64,000 nt of DNA from an uncultured bacterium (GCA_938031185.1 CALHGX010000008.1:15787-79786); one strand, 5' to 3'. Positions 1 to 9,834 are shown, counted from the stretch's first letter. The notes: generated by a model not told the origin, from the sequence alone. Numbers and translations: made by a program.

Positions 1-68
1 TCCGGCGGCGCAACAGCCCGTCGCTACGGCTCAGCTGCTCGCCATTTCGTTGGAAACTAGCTCGGTCG

Positions 69-79
69 CCCCCCCCCCC
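69..79. repeat. C11/G11 homopolymer tract in apparently non-coding DNA at the window edge
   Basis: Read directly: positions 69-79 are eleven consecutive C. Only Gly/Arg/Pro-rich shadow ORFs cover it. Confidence 0.9.
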
Positions 80-199
80 GCGTGGCAATGGGAAAAGCGC
101 GGCTGGTGAAGCCTAACTTTGTAGGGACCCAATGCTCGAAATGACGTGGCAGGCTGTTTGGCGCAAGCGGAATTGCAGCCCTGAAAACGAGTGCGGCGT

Positions 200-562
200 T
201 CAGTGGCGTTGGCGTTGTGGTGCGCCGGCACGTTTCCATCCGCGGCCGTTGGTCCACCACCCTTCGCCGGTGGCGGTGTTGAGCACGAACATTCCTTCAC
301 CGCTGGTGTTGCGGCGGGGTAAGTATGTACCCGGCGGTCCCGGCTGGGCCCCTTCGGGGGCACCGGCATAAACCCACCGGCATGCAGCCGCGTCCATCCA
401 CCAGACTTCACCGGTGGTGGTGTCGAGCCAAAAGAACCCTGATCCGGCCACGTTGTCGCAGGCCCGGAAGCGGTCTGTAGTTGTGGCGACCTCCTCCGCG
501 ACGCCTACGAGTCCGCCGACCAGAAGGAGCACAGCCCCCGCAACAACCGCGGCTCGCTTCAT
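200..562 (-). CDS. small secreted protein (120 aa) with an internally duplicated motif; function unknown
   Basis: Lies inside ORF 200..817. The internal ATG at 562 forms an ATGA overlap with the stop of the upstream CDS (559-561). Signal-like N-terminus MKRAAVVAGAVLLLVGGLVG. Two copies of one motif: GFFWLDTTTGEVWWMD and GMFVLNTATGEGWWTN. Confidence 0.55.
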   Translation of the reverse strand: MKRAAVVAGAVLLLVGGLVGVAEEVATTTDRFRACDNVAGSGFFWLDTTTGEVWWMDAAACRWVYAGAPEGAQPGPPGTYLPRRNTSGEGMFVLNTATGEGWWTNGRGWKRAGAPQRQRH

Positions 563-1974
563 CGTTCGCTCCTCACCGTGCCGGCGGCCTCGCCCATTTC
601 CTCCGCCCGACGCCCATGACGGGTGGTGACCCTGTAAGAGATCGTTCGCTTCGAAACCGGCTCCATTTCCAAGGTGTATTTTACGGTGTCCAGATCCACC
701 TTTTCGAAGGCCCCCACATCGCCGCGGTTCACGAGTTCCCAGTGGGGGGTGCCGAAGTGGCGGTGCAACTCCATGCGCACCCGCAAGGGACGGGCGTTGC
801 GCACCTCGACCTTCCATTCGCGGGTTTCATCCCAGCCGGCAATGTCGCCATTTTGATCAAAGAGGTAATTATCCGTCCGGAAGTCCATTTCTTTGGGTTC
901 CACCATGACGGTTTCCATTGCTCCAAGATTCAGTTCAACATCCTCGTCCACGGGGATGTATTTGAAATCGGATTGTCCTTCATAAGACAGTGCGCCTTGC
1001 CGGTCGGCTAGGCGGAACACACGCAGCATGCCGCCCGGGATGGGCGTTTCGCCCAGGCGGTGGGCCTTGTCATTCTTGAAACTCAAGAAGCGAATGACTT
1101 GCGGGCCGAAACGTTCTTCGTCGTGTCGGTAGAGATTCATCACCGGCACGCCCTCTGCCGTGAAACTCGGCAGGCGCTTGCTCCAGCCGTGGGGAATGGT
1201 TTCGGTGCCCTCGATAGTATAGAGGAAGTACTCGCTTAGTCCTTCCTTGATGATCTCCTTGGGGGCGGCAGCAGCCACCATTGCCCGTTGCACCATGGCG
1301 GCTTTGAGGCCGGAATCTGAATCTCTTCCCCCCACTTCTCTAGCTATGCCTTCCTCCATTCGCCCGATGGGGCGCGGGAGCGGTGGACGGCCATACGGGT
1401 GTTCACGGCGGGCGAGGGCGGCGATTTCGTCGAGGATGTGTACTTGGCCGACGATCAGCCGTACTTCAGCGTTTTCGTAGTCTTCCCCGCTCTGGTTAGT
1501 CACGCGGACATAGCCCTCGAGACGCATGGTGCGCTCGTCGGCGGAAAGCGTGCCCATGTAGAAAGCGCGCCAGGAAAAGCCGCTGGCGAGGTAGGCGATT
1601 TCCACAGGCACCGGCCCGGCATGACGGCTGACGATGTTCCAGACGCCGAGTTGACGGGTGCGGGGCGGATAGACCAGCGCGGCAATGTCGAGCCGGTCGG
1701 CATACGCGCGGGGCAGGAGGTCGAGGCTGGTGGGGTCAATCAGGGTGTTGGCCCACGAAAACTGGAGGCGGTTCTGCCCCTGCCGGACGGTGAGGGTGCG
1801 CTGGTCACGCACGAGGGTGAGATCGGCCGAGTTGTAAATCGTGAGCTGTACGCGGTCGCGGGCGGGCAGGGTGACAAGATCCACCTTGGCGCGGACGGGC
1901 GTTGCCAGCAGGGAAGCCACAACCGTGACAAGCGCGCCTTTGCCGGCAGCGCTCATTTGGCGGATTTCTTTCAT
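559..1974 (-). CDS. DUF4139-family protein (MuiA-like), secreted, 471 aa
   Basis: ORF 559..2100. Internal ATG (MKEIRQMSAAGKGALVTVVASLLATPVRA, signal-like) at 1974 overlaps the upstream stop as ATGA. The N-terminal KVDLVTLPARDRVQLTIYNS and later RLEGYVRVTNQSGEDYENAEVRLIVG pattern is typical of DUF4140/DUF4139 as I remember the family. Confidence 0.7.
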   Translation of the reverse strand: MKEIRQMSAAGKGALVTVVASLLATPVRAKVDLVTLPARDRVQLTIYNSADLTLVRDQRTLTVRQGQNRLQFSWANTLIDPTSLDLLPRAYADRLDIAALVYPPRTRQLGVWNIVSRHAGPVPVEIAYLASGFSWRAFYMGTLSADERTMRLEGYVRVTNQSGEDYENAEVRLIVGQVHILDEIAALARREHPYGRPPLPRPIGRMEEGIAREVGGRDSDSGLKAAMVQRAMVAAAAPKEIIKEGLSEYFLYTIEGTETIPHGWSKRLPSFTAEGVPVMNLYRHDEERFGPQVIRFLSFKNDKAHRLGETPIPGGMLRVFRLADRQGALSYEGQSDFKYIPVDEDVELNLGAMETVMVEPKEMDFRTDNYLFDQNGDIAGWDETREWKVEVRNARPLRVRMELHRHFGTPHWELVNRGDVGAFEKVDLDTVKYTLEMEPVSKRTISYRVTTRHGRRAEEMGEAAGTVRSER

Positions 1975-3092
1975 CGGACGTTCCTCCGCTGATAGTGCAT
2001 GGTAAGCTCGCGCATGCCGCGGGCTGGCAGCTCGACGTCGAATTCGATTCGGCCGGCTTCTTCCCGGCGGTAGGGCAGGTTGCATTCCTTCATTTCCCAT
2101 TGTCCGGGGATGTGCTGAATGAGAGTGAGCACGGCCGGGGAATCCTTGAAGTTCTCCATTTTCACGCTGATCACCTCATCCATGTCGTAGAGCACCACCC
2201 GTCCGGCATTGTTGCGGCGATGGTTGAAGCTCTGCTCGCGCATCTTGCGTTGGGTAACAACGATATCGCGGCTGTCGCCGATATAGAGCTTCATTTTCTC
2301 GCCCACAGGGATCAGGTCGACCCTATCTTCGCCGAGAAGAATTGTTCCGCCGCGGCCGTCATCCTGGAAGACGCGAACTTTGCCGCTCCAGAGGACGTTG
2401 CGGCCCAGGCCGGCCTTTTCTGCATTTTCGATTTCGTAGCGGACGGGGATACCGACGTTCGTGTTCAGTTGCTCCGGGTCCCAAGGTAGGATGGCGGCAT
2501 CGAAGGTCCATACTTTGCGAACAGGGACATTCGGTATATTGAAAAACAGCAATTGTTTTGTTTCCTCGTGGGCGGTGCTTTCCGCAACCGTCACGCCGCC
2601 GTCCATCACCACCTGTGCGCGTTCAAAGTCCTCGCCGGAAAAGTTCCGGAGGACGATGTGGCTTTTGAGGTTAACGCGGGTTTCCGGCTTGTCGGCGGCG
2701 GCGGTGTAGGTGACGAGGCGGTCCACACCGAGCAGTAGGTAGCTGATCCGGGTGGTGACCTCGCAGGCGTCCTCGGCGGCCAGTTCCCACACGAGGGCCT
2801 GTTCACCGGGCGGGTAGCTCACGTTGAGCAAGGTGACCTTTCCCGTAGGGGAGAGGACTGCCAAGCGGATCGAATCCTCGTCCAAGAAGACGCCGTTCCA
2901 GGAAAAATCCACCTGGTTGACGCCTTTCTGGAGCGTGAGCACGCGTTCTTCTTCGATCAGCGTGGCGTGCGGGTTGTCCAACCGGATGGTGGTAGGGCCG
3001 CGGTCCGGCAGGGCCACGAGCTTGATGCGCGCTCCCGCTGGGGCCGCCAGCGACAGGGCGATGGCGGCGGCGACGATATAACAAGTTTTCAT
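1971..3092 (-). CDS. DUF4139-family protein, paralogue of the downstream gene, secreted, 373 aa
   Basis: ORF 1971..3161. Start taken at MKTCYIVAAAIALSLAAPAGA (signal-like). Same architecture as the neighbour: RIKLVALPDRGPTTIRL, then LKSHIVLRNFSGEDFERAQVVM. Confidence 0.7.
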   Translation of the reverse strand: MKTCYIVAAAIALSLAAPAGARIKLVALPDRGPTTIRLDNPHATLIEEERVLTLQKGVNQVDFSWNGVFLDEDSIRLAVLSPTGKVTLLNVSYPPGEQALVWELAAEDACEVTTRISYLLLGVDRLVTYTAAADKPETRVNLKSHIVLRNFSGEDFERAQVVMDGGVTVAESTAHEETKQLLFFNIPNVPVRKVWTFDAAILPWDPEQLNTNVGIPVRYEIENAEKAGLGRNVLWSGKVRVFQDDGRGGTILLGEDRVDLIPVGEKMKLYIGDSRDIVVTQRKMREQSFNHRRNNAGRVVLYDMDEVISVKMENFKDSPAVLTLIQHIPGQWEMKECNLPYRREEAGRIEFDVELPARGMRELTMHYQRRNVR

Positions 3093-3330
3093 GCCGTGTA
3101 GGCTATCGCCGGCGGGTGGCGTGGTCAAGAGTGCGATGCGAGGTGTTTTCGGCAAGACCAAAAGGCTCCAAAAGGAACAGTGGGAGAATCTGCCTCGCGG
3201 GTGCCGAGTGACGGGATCATACTGGACACTGGCGGCGTGTAGGGGGGTTGGGTTACTCTAATCGGGTGCAAGTTGATGTGTGAGGGAAGGAAGCGGCGGC
3301 ATATCTGCCGGTGGCGGCGGTCTGCGAACC

Positions 3331-5631
3331 ATGAAGCGGCGTGTGCGAGCGGCAGTGATGGGTTGTGTGCAAGGCGTGGGCTTTCGACCGGCAGTGTTGC
3401 GTCATGCGCAGGCTTGCGGTGTTGGCGGCTGGGTGCGGAATGCGCCACAGGGCGTGTTGATTGAGGCGGAGGGCGAGGCGGACGGGGTGGATCGCTTTCT
3501 TGATTTGCTCCGCCATGCGCCGCCGCCACAGGCGCGGATCGAGACCGTGCTCGTTGAAAACGTGCCGCTTGTCGGCGAAAAGGAGTTTCGCATCGAGGCC
3601 AGTGCGCGATCGGGTGATCTCATGGCTGGGATGCCGCCGGACCTCGGGATTTGCGCGGACTGCCTACGGGAGCTGTTTGATCCCTCCAACAGGCGTTTTC
3701 GCCACCCTTTTATCAACTGCACCAACTGCGGGCCCCGATTTACCATCGTTCGCACGCTGCCGTACGACAGGGAGCGGACATCCATGGCCGTTTTCCCCAT
3801 GTGCGAAGACTGTCATAAAGAATATCAGGCACCAGCCAATCGCCGATTCGATGCGCAGCCTGTGGCGTGTCCGGCCTGCGGACCGTCTTTGCGGCTCGTG
3901 GACGGAAGTTTTCGGGCAATGCCGGGTGATCCCGTGGCGAGTGCCGCGGCGCTTTTGAGGGGCGGCGCCATTGTGGCGGTAAAGGGGCTTGGGGGGTATC
4001 ACCTGGCCTGCGATGCCCGGCAGGAGGCGGCGGTGCAACTGCTTCGGGCCAGGAAACACCGGCCTCACAAGGCGCTGGCGGTGATGTTTCGCTCGATCGA
4101 TGAGATTCGCCGCCATTGCGAGGTTACACCCGAAGAAGAGGCGGCCCTTTCCGTGCCGGCGCGGCCGATTGTCATTCTCGCTCGTCGTCCCAATTCAGAT
4201 TTGGCCAGGGCCGTTTCGCCGGACACAAACACCATTGGGGCTTTTTTGTCCTACACACCGTTACATGCGTTGTTATTGGAAGAAACAGGGCCGTTGGTGA
4301 TGACAAGCGGCAACCGGACCGATGAGCCGATTGCGCGGAACGAGGAGGAACTCGGGCGGCTACTTGGAACGATTGCCGACGCGGCGCTGGTGCACAATCG
4401 GGAGATTTTGCGGCGCTGTGACGATTCGGTGCTCTCTTTTGCAGGGCCACAACGGGTGTTTATTCGCCGGTCGCGCGGGTTGGTCCCTGAGCGCATTCGG
4501 CTGCCAGAAGGAGGTCCGCCGGTTCTGGCCTGCGGCGGCGATCTCAAAAACGTGTTTTGCCTGACGCGGGGCGCCGAAGCGTTCGCATCCCAACATATCG
4601 GCGATCTAAGCGAACATCGGGCGTTGGAATTTTTCGAGGAATCGGTGGTGGACCTGCAGGCGTTGTTGCAGGTGAAACCGGAGATTGTGGCGCATGACTT
4701 GCACCCCGATTATTACTCCACACGATTTGCGCAGCGGCAGCCGGTAGAGGTGAAAATGGCGGTGCAGCACCATCATGCACACGTGGTCGCCTGTATGGTG
4801 GAGAACGGAATTACGGGGCCGGTGATCGGGTTGGCATTAGATGGCTTGGGCCACGGGCCGGATGGGACGGTTTGGGGCGGCGAAATCGTCTTGGCGGGCT
4901 TGGTGGCGTTCAGAAGGCTTGGACATTTTAAGCCGTATCGTTTGGTGGGAGGGGATGCGGCCACCAAACATCCGGCGCGCATGGCATTGAGCGTGTTGGC
5001 AAGCGAGTGTGGGGATGGAGCGGAAGCCGCAGCGGCTCGCTTGCTGCCAAGCATTTCTCCGGCGGATTGCCGCATTCTGTTGGACATGGCGCGCCGCGGG
5101 ATTCGGTCGCCTTGGACCACCAGTGCTGGGCGGTTGTTTGACGCGGTGGCCGCGTTGCTCGGTCTGTGCGATACGGTGACGTACGAAGCGCAGGCGGCTA
5201 TTCGACTCGAGCAGGCGGCGGAAGAGGGCCTGACCGATGCAGCGAATGAATATCCATTTGAAATAGTCCCGGCGTCCACGGCAGCGTTTGAATTGAATTT
5301 TGGGCCAACGGTGCAAGCGATGCTGGCGCGCTCGGAAGGCGAAGGCATGGCCGCGGTGGCGGCGCGTTTTCATCGAACAATGGTGGCGGCACTGGCGGCC
5401 GCGTGCGATCGGGTTCGACAAGCAGAGGGGGTGTCTGAGGTGGCGTTGTCGGGCGGCGTTTTCCAGAACCGGCTCTTGCTTCGGCTTTTGTCGGAGCATC
5501 TCACGGCCGCGGGATTTAAGGTTTATCTGCACAGCGAATTGCCGCCCAATGATGCATGCGTGGCGTTCGGACAGGCGTCCATTGCGCTGGCCTGTCATTC
5601 CCAGGGACTGGAAGGCCCTGCGCTCGGTTGA
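3331..5631 (+). CDS. hypF: [NiFe]-hydrogenase maturation carbamoyltransferase HypF
   Basis: Acylphosphatase-like N-terminus (VQGVGFRP). Two zinc-finger pairs (CADCLREL...CTNCGPRF and CEDCHKEY...CPACGP). YrdC-like KGLGGYHLACDA. Kae1-like C-terminal half. Start at MKRRV inside ORF 3280..5631. Confidence 0.9.
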   Translation: MKRRVRAAVMGCVQGVGFRPAVLRHAQACGVGGWVRNAPQGVLIEAEGEADGVDRFLDLLRHAPPPQARIETVLVENVPLVGEKEFRIEASARSGDLMAGMPPDLGICADCLRELFDPSNRRFRHPFINCTNCGPRFTIVRTLPYDRERTSMAVFPMCEDCHKEYQAPANRRFDAQPVACPACGPSLRLVDGSFRAMPGDPVASAAALLRGGAIVAVKGLGGYHLACDARQEAAVQLLRARKHRPHKALAVMFRSIDEIRRHCEVTPEEEAALSVPARPIVILARRPNSDLARAVSPDTNTIGAFLSYTPLHALLLEETGPLVMTSGNRTDEPIARNEEELGRLLGTIADAALVHNREILRRCDDSVLSFAGPQRVFIRRSRGLVPERIRLPEGGPPVLACGGDLKNVFCLTRGAEAFASQHIGDLSEHRALEFFEESVVDLQALLQVKPEIVAHDLHPDYYSTRFAQRQPVEVKMAVQHHHAHVVACMVENGITGPVIGLALDGLGHGPDGTVWGGEIVLAGLVAFRRLGHFKPYRLVGGDAATKHPARMALSVLASECGDGAEAAAARLLPSISPADCRILLDMARRGIRSPWTTSAGRLFDAVAALLGLCDTVTYEAQAAIRLEQAAEEGLTDAANEYPFEIVPASTAAFELNFGPTVQAMLARSEGEGMAAVAARFHRTMVAALAAACDRVRQAEGVSEVALSGGVFQNRLLLRLLSEHLTAAGFKVYLHSELPPNDACVAFGQASIALACHSQGLEGPALG

Positions 5632-5719
5632 GCGGTGATCGGCGTTTACGATGAAGGACGATTTTGAAATAATAGAAAGCCTGTTGAAATGACGGTCTTC
5701 AACAAAAGAGGGGGAGGAC

Positions 5720-5938
5720 ATGTGCCTGGCGGCGCCTGCACTGATTGTGGAAGTAAATGAGAACCAGGCCGTGGTGGACTTGGGCGGGGTGCGGCGGGAG
5801 GCGAATGTGGCGCTGATCAGCGATCCGCGGCCGGGGGACTATGTGCTGGTGCATGCCGGATTTGCCATTCGCAAGTGGAGTGAAGCGGATGTGAAAGAGT
5901 GGGAGGCAATGTGGCGCAATGAACCCCTCGACCGCTGA
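5720..5938 (+). CDS. hypC: hydrogenase assembly chaperone HypC/HupF family
   Basis: 72 aa. N-terminal MCLAAP (essential Cys2 motif MCL-x-x-P). Positioned between hypF and hypD. Confidence 0.9.
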   Translation: MCLAAPALIVEVNENQAVVDLGGVRREANVALISDPRPGDYVLVHAGFAIRKWSEADVKEWEAMWRNEPLDR

Positions 5939-7007
5939 ACTACTGCAGCGCATTCGCGGACTGGCGGATGCAATAGGGCGGCCTATTCGGTTGATGGAGG
6001 TGTGCGGCACTCACACGATGGCCATTTCTCGATCCGGCCTGCGGGCCCTTCTGCCGCCGAATCTGCGGTTGTTGTCCGGTCCTGGCTGTCCCGTTTGTGT
6101 GACGCCGGTGGACTATGTGGACAAGGCCATTGCGCTGGCCCGCCGCCCAGACGTGGTGGTAATGACGTTTGGGGATATGCTGCGGGTGCCGGGCTCGGAG
6201 TCCTCTCTCGAGCAGGCGCGTGCGGAAGGCGCGCGGGTGCGGGTGGTGTACTCGCCGCTGGACGCTTTTCGGGCAGCGCGGAGCGGATCCGATCAAGTGG
6301 TGTTCCTGGGGGTGGGGTTTGAAACGACGGCTCCCACCGTGGCATGGACGGTGCGTGAGGCGCGGCGTCTCGGGGTTTCGAACTACAGCGTGCTGTGCGC
6401 GCACAAGCTGATTCCTCCGGCGATGCGAGCGTTGCTCGACAGCGGCGAGTGTCGCCTGGATGGTTTTCTCTGTCCCGGGCATGTGAGCGTGATGATCGGC
6501 ACCAAGGCCTATGAACCGATAGCCCACGATTATCGCCTTCCATGCGTGGTGGCGGGTTTTGAAGTGCTCGATATATTACGCGGCGTGGCGCGGCTATTGG
6601 AGATGCGTTGCGCGGGCCTGGCGGCGGCGGAAAACGCTTACGAGCGCGGCGCCACATCGGAAGGCAACCCGGCGGGACTGGCGCTTTTGGATGAAGTGTT
6701 CACCGCTGAAACGACTGTTTGGCGCGGCTTGGGGGCCCTTCTGGCCAGCGGGCTTGCCCTGCGGCCGGCGTTTGATGCGCATGATGCCGAGAAGCGGTTT
6801 GCGCCGTTGAATGTGCCGCCCCCCCGCGAGCCCAAGGGTTGCCGATGCGGCGATGTGTTGCGAGGCGCGTGTCTGCCCGACGAGTGTCCGTTGTTCGGCC
6901 GGACCTGCGCGCCGGAGAATCCGGTGGGCGCCTGCATGGTATCGAGCGAAGGATCATGCGCCGCGCATTTCCGCTACGAGTGGGTGCCGCGCGAAACAAC
7001 GGCATGA
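5919..7007 (+). CDS. hypD: hydrogenase maturation protein HypD
   Basis: MEVCGTHTMAI, GPGCPVCVTP and FLCPGHVSV motifs. 20-nt overlap with hypC. Confidence 0.9.
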   Translation: MNPSTAELLQRIRGLADAIGRPIRLMEVCGTHTMAISRSGLRALLPPNLRLLSGPGCPVCVTPVDYVDKAIALARRPDVVVMTFGDMLRVPGSESSLEQARAEGARVRVVYSPLDAFRAARSGSDQVVFLGVGFETTAPTVAWTVREARRLGVSNYSVLCAHKLIPPAMRALLDSGECRLDGFLCPGHVSVMIGTKAYEPIAHDYRLPCVVAGFEVLDILRGVARLLEMRCAGLAAAENAYERGATSEGNPAGLALLDEVFTAETTVWRGLGALLASGLALRPAFDAHDAEKRFAPLNVPPPREPKGCRCGDVLRGACLPDECPLFGRTCAPENPVGACMVSSEGSCAAHFRYEWVPRETTA

Positions 7008-7023
7008 GGTGGAATGTTGCGCC

Positions 7024-8034
7024 ATGAAAGACGATCGCATATTACTGGCCCATGGCGGAGGCGGGCGGAAAACCCAATCGTTGATTCAAGAGGTCATGCT
7101 CCGGCATTTTCGCGATCCGGTTCTGGCCCGACTGGATGATGCGGCCCGGCTGGAGATGGAATCGCGGGCGTTGGCTTTCACGACGGATTCCTACGTGGTG
7201 GATCCGCCGTTTTTCCCTGGTGGCGACATCGGCAAGCTGGCGGCGTGCGGCACCATCAACGATTTGGCCATGCAGGCGGCGACGCCAAAGTTCATGAGTG
7301 TTGGGCTGATCTTGGAAGAAGGGTTTTTGGTGTCGGACCTGAATCGGGCGCTGGGTTCCTTGGCCGCGGTGACGCGGGCGCTTGGCGTGGTTGTGGCGAC
7401 CGGCGACACCAAGGTGGTGGAGCGTGGGCGAGGCGGGGGGATTTTCGTCAACACCAGCGGTATTGGCATCCGGCCTGAAGGGCTGGACATTGGCGCGTCC
7501 CGCGCGCGACCGGGCGATGCGGTTTTGGTTTCCGGAACGATTGGCGACCACGGCATTGCCGTCATGAGTGTGCGGGAGGGGCTGGCGTTCGAGACGCCGC
7601 TTCAAAGCGACGTGGCACCGCTCTGGCCTTTGGTGGCGCAGTTGCTGGAGCATCGAATAGCGATTCATTGCTTGCGGGATCCCACGCGAGGCGGTCTGGC
7701 TGCCGCGTTGTGTGACGTGGCGGCGGCTTCCGATGTCGGCGTTCGGATTCGCGAAGCGGATCTGCCCGTGCGCCGCGAGGTGCGAGCCGCATGTGGCTTG
7801 CTAGGGCTCGACCCGCTGCATGTGGCGAATGAAGGGAAGCTGGTGCTGATTTGCGCCGCGCCGGATGCGCCGCGGGCCCTGGCCGTGCTGCGCGAGCATT
7901 CGCTGGGACGGGATGCGGCCATCATGGGCCAGGTGGAGAAGGGACCGAAGGGCGTGGTGCGGATGGAAACAGTGGCCGGCGGCGAGCGTGTCGTGGAAAT
8001 GCCACTGGGCGACGAACTGCCGCGTATTTGCTGA
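7024..8034 (+). CDS. hypE: hydrogenase maturation protein HypE (carbamoyl dehydratase)
   Basis: 336 aa from the internal ATG (MKDDRILLAHGGGG). AIR-synthase-like fold pattern. Diagnostic C-terminal PRIC. The upstream part of ORF 6811..8034 overlaps hypD and is Arg/Cys-rich nonsense. Confidence 0.9.
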   Translation: MKDDRILLAHGGGGRKTQSLIQEVMLRHFRDPVLARLDDAARLEMESRALAFTTDSYVVDPPFFPGGDIGKLAACGTINDLAMQAATPKFMSVGLILEEGFLVSDLNRALGSLAAVTRALGVVVATGDTKVVERGRGGGIFVNTSGIGIRPEGLDIGASRARPGDAVLVSGTIGDHGIAVMSVREGLAFETPLQSDVAPLWPLVAQLLEHRIAIHCLRDPTRGGLAAALCDVAAASDVGVRIREADLPVRREVRAACGLLGLDPLHVANEGKLVLICAAPDAPRALAVLREHSLGRDAAIMGQVEKGPKGVVRMETVAGGERVVEMPLGDELPRIC

Positions 8035-8051
8035 TCTGCCCAAGCGCGTTT

Positions 8052-9587
8052 TTAGATCCACAGGTTGCGATCCAGCGTGCGGTATTGAATGGCTTCTTGC
8101 ACGTGATGAGGGCGGATGTCTGGCGAGTGATCCAGGTCGGCGATAGTGCGCGCCACCTTAAGGATGCGATCATAGGCCCGGGCGCTGAAGTGCAACTCGG
8201 TGATGGCCATTTTAAGGAGCTCCTGAGCCTCTCCTCCCAATCGGCAATACTTCTGAATCTCGCGTGACCGCATGGCGGCATTGCACAGCACGCGGCGGGA
8301 GGAGTGAAATCGCTCGCGTTGAACTGCGCGGGCCTGAACGACGCGCTGCCGGATGGCGGCGGAGGATTCGCCCGGCGCCACCGCCGCGAGATCCTGATAG
8401 CGAATCGAGGGCACCTCGATATGGATGTCAATTCGGTCCAACAAAGGGCCGGAAATCTTGTTCCGGTAGTTTTGGATTTGCAGCGGCGTGCATCGGCACT
8501 GGCGGCGCGTATCTCCGTAGTAGCCGCAGGGGCAGGGGTTCATAGCGGCCACGAGCATGAAGTGACAGGGAAACGTGACGGCGGCGGCGGCGCGGGTGAT
8601 GGTGACGACGCCGTCTTCGAGAGGTTGTCGGAGCACTTCCAACACGTTGCGGTGAAACTCCGGCAACTCGTCGAGGAACAGCACGCCCCGGTGTGCAAGG
8701 CTGACTTCGCCCGGCATCGGGTGCGTGCCGCCTCCGAGAAGACCAGCGTCGGATATGGTGTGGTGGGGCGCACGAAAGGGGCGGCGGTTGATGAGAGATT
8801 GCCGCGCCGGCAAGGTCCCGGCGATGCTGTGGATTTTGGTGGCCTCAAGCGCCTCCTCGAGAGACATGGGGGGCAGGACCGACGGCAGTCGCCGCGCCAG
8901 CATGGTCTTTCCGGTGCCGGGGGGCCCGATCATCAGTAGGTTATGTCCGCCGGCTACAGCCACTTCCATGGCCCGCTTGGCCTGTTCTTGGCCTTTGACG
9001 TCGGCGTAATCCTCTTCGTGGTCGCCGCTGGCGGCGTAGGCAGCCGTCATGTCCACGCGATAGGGCGTCAGCGAGGCTTTGCCAGCCAGGAAATCGGCGG
9101 CTTGCCGCAGATTGGCGACCGGGTAAATGTCCAGGCCGTCCACGACGGCGGCCTCATCGGCGTTTTCCATCGGCACGAGGAATCCGCGCCGTCCTTCTGC
9201 CTTCACGCGCATGGCGATCGGCAATACGCCCTTCACGCGCCGGACGGCGCCGCTCAAAGCCAGCTCGCCGATCAGCGCATATTCCTGCAAGGCCGTTTCC
9301 GGCACCAATCCCTGGGCGCTCAACATGCCGATGGCGATCGGCAAATCGAAGTTGGGACCTTCCTTGCGGATGTCGGCCGGCGCAAGATTGACCGTGGTGC
9401 GCCCGGCGTGAGGACGGAACCCCGAATTGATGAGGGCGGTATGCACGCGGTCCTTGCTCTCTTTGACGGCGGCATCAGGCAGACCGACGATGACGACCGT
9501 GGGGTCTCCATAGCCGGCATTGACCTCGATCTCAACAGGGTACGAATCCACGCCGAAAACGGCGCCAGAGTACACTTTGGCCAGCAT
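8052..9587 (-). CDS. comM: YifB/ComM family Mg-chelatase-like ATPase
   Basis: [23 protein letters not shown]-terminus. Walker A GPPGTGKT. ChlI-type AAA core. The ATG at 9587 is preceded by GGGAG 9 nt upstream; alternative starts are at 9596 and 9605. Confidence 0.85.
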   Translation of the reverse strand: MLAKVYSGAVFGVDSYPVEIEVNAGYGDPTVVIVGLPDAAVKESKDRVHTALINSGFRPHAGRTTVNLAPADIRKEGPNFDLPIAIGMLSAQGLVPETALQEYALIGELALSGAVRRVKGVLPIAMRVKAEGRRGFLVPMENADEAAVVDGLDIYPVANLRQAADFLAGKASLTPYRVDMTAAYAASGDHEEDYADVKGQEQAKRAMEVAVAGGHNLLMIGPPGTGKTMLARRLPSVLPPMSLEEALEATKIHSIAGTLPARQSLINRRPFRAPHHTISDAGLLGGGTHPMPGEVSLAHRGVLFLDELPEFHRNVLEVLRQPLEDGVVTITRAAAAVTFPCHFMLVAAMNPCPCGYYGDTRRQCRCTPLQIQNYRNKISGPLLDRIDIHIEVPSIRYQDLAAVAPGESSAAIRQRVVQARAVQRERFHSSRRVLCNAAMRSREIQKYCRLGGEAQELLKMAITELHFSARAYDRILKVARTIADLDHSPDIRPHHVQEAIQYRTLDRNLWI

Positions 9588-9607
9588 GTGAACCATCTCC
9601 CGCAAAG

Positions 9608-9636
9608 TTGACGGTCAAAACGATCTGCATCATAAA
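9608..9636 (+). promoter_or_regulatory. candidate sigma70-type promoter (TTGACG-17 nt-CATAAA) in the comM / histidine-kinase divergent region
   Basis: Hexamers read directly at 9608-9613 and 9631-9636. This is consensus matching only. It would imply a leader of about 255 nt before the kinase start. Confidence 0.25.
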
Positions 9637-9834
9637 GCCCCACGGCGTGAATGGCCAGCATGGAACTTATTGGAAATTGGACGGAATCGGCCCGAACCAA
9701 CAACGGAAGGGCATCTCATTTGGCGGAGAAGACAGGGATGGTGGCGACAGCGTGGCGAAACAGCAGCTTCGCCGATGGCTTGGTCGCTGAAGGGACACGA
9801 TGGGAGCGAGTTTAGCTTGTCGGAGCGGGGAGGG

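Noticed and set aside
31-411. ORFs at the left edge (31..411 -, 57..260 -, 132..371 +)
   Set aside because: They overlap the better-supported 200..562 gene or the C11 tract. Gly/Pro/Arg-rich, with no motifs.
6811-7023. Long N-terminal extensions in track ORFs (hypE 6811.., FHA 20642..21406, glyQS 50219..50617, CNNM 47813..48046, DUF112 44144..44524, msbA 32113..32412)
   Set aside because: The extensions overlap neighbouring genes or are Arg-rich nonsense. Internal ATG/GTG starts give family-typical N-termini, often with an RBS or a 4-nt overlap.
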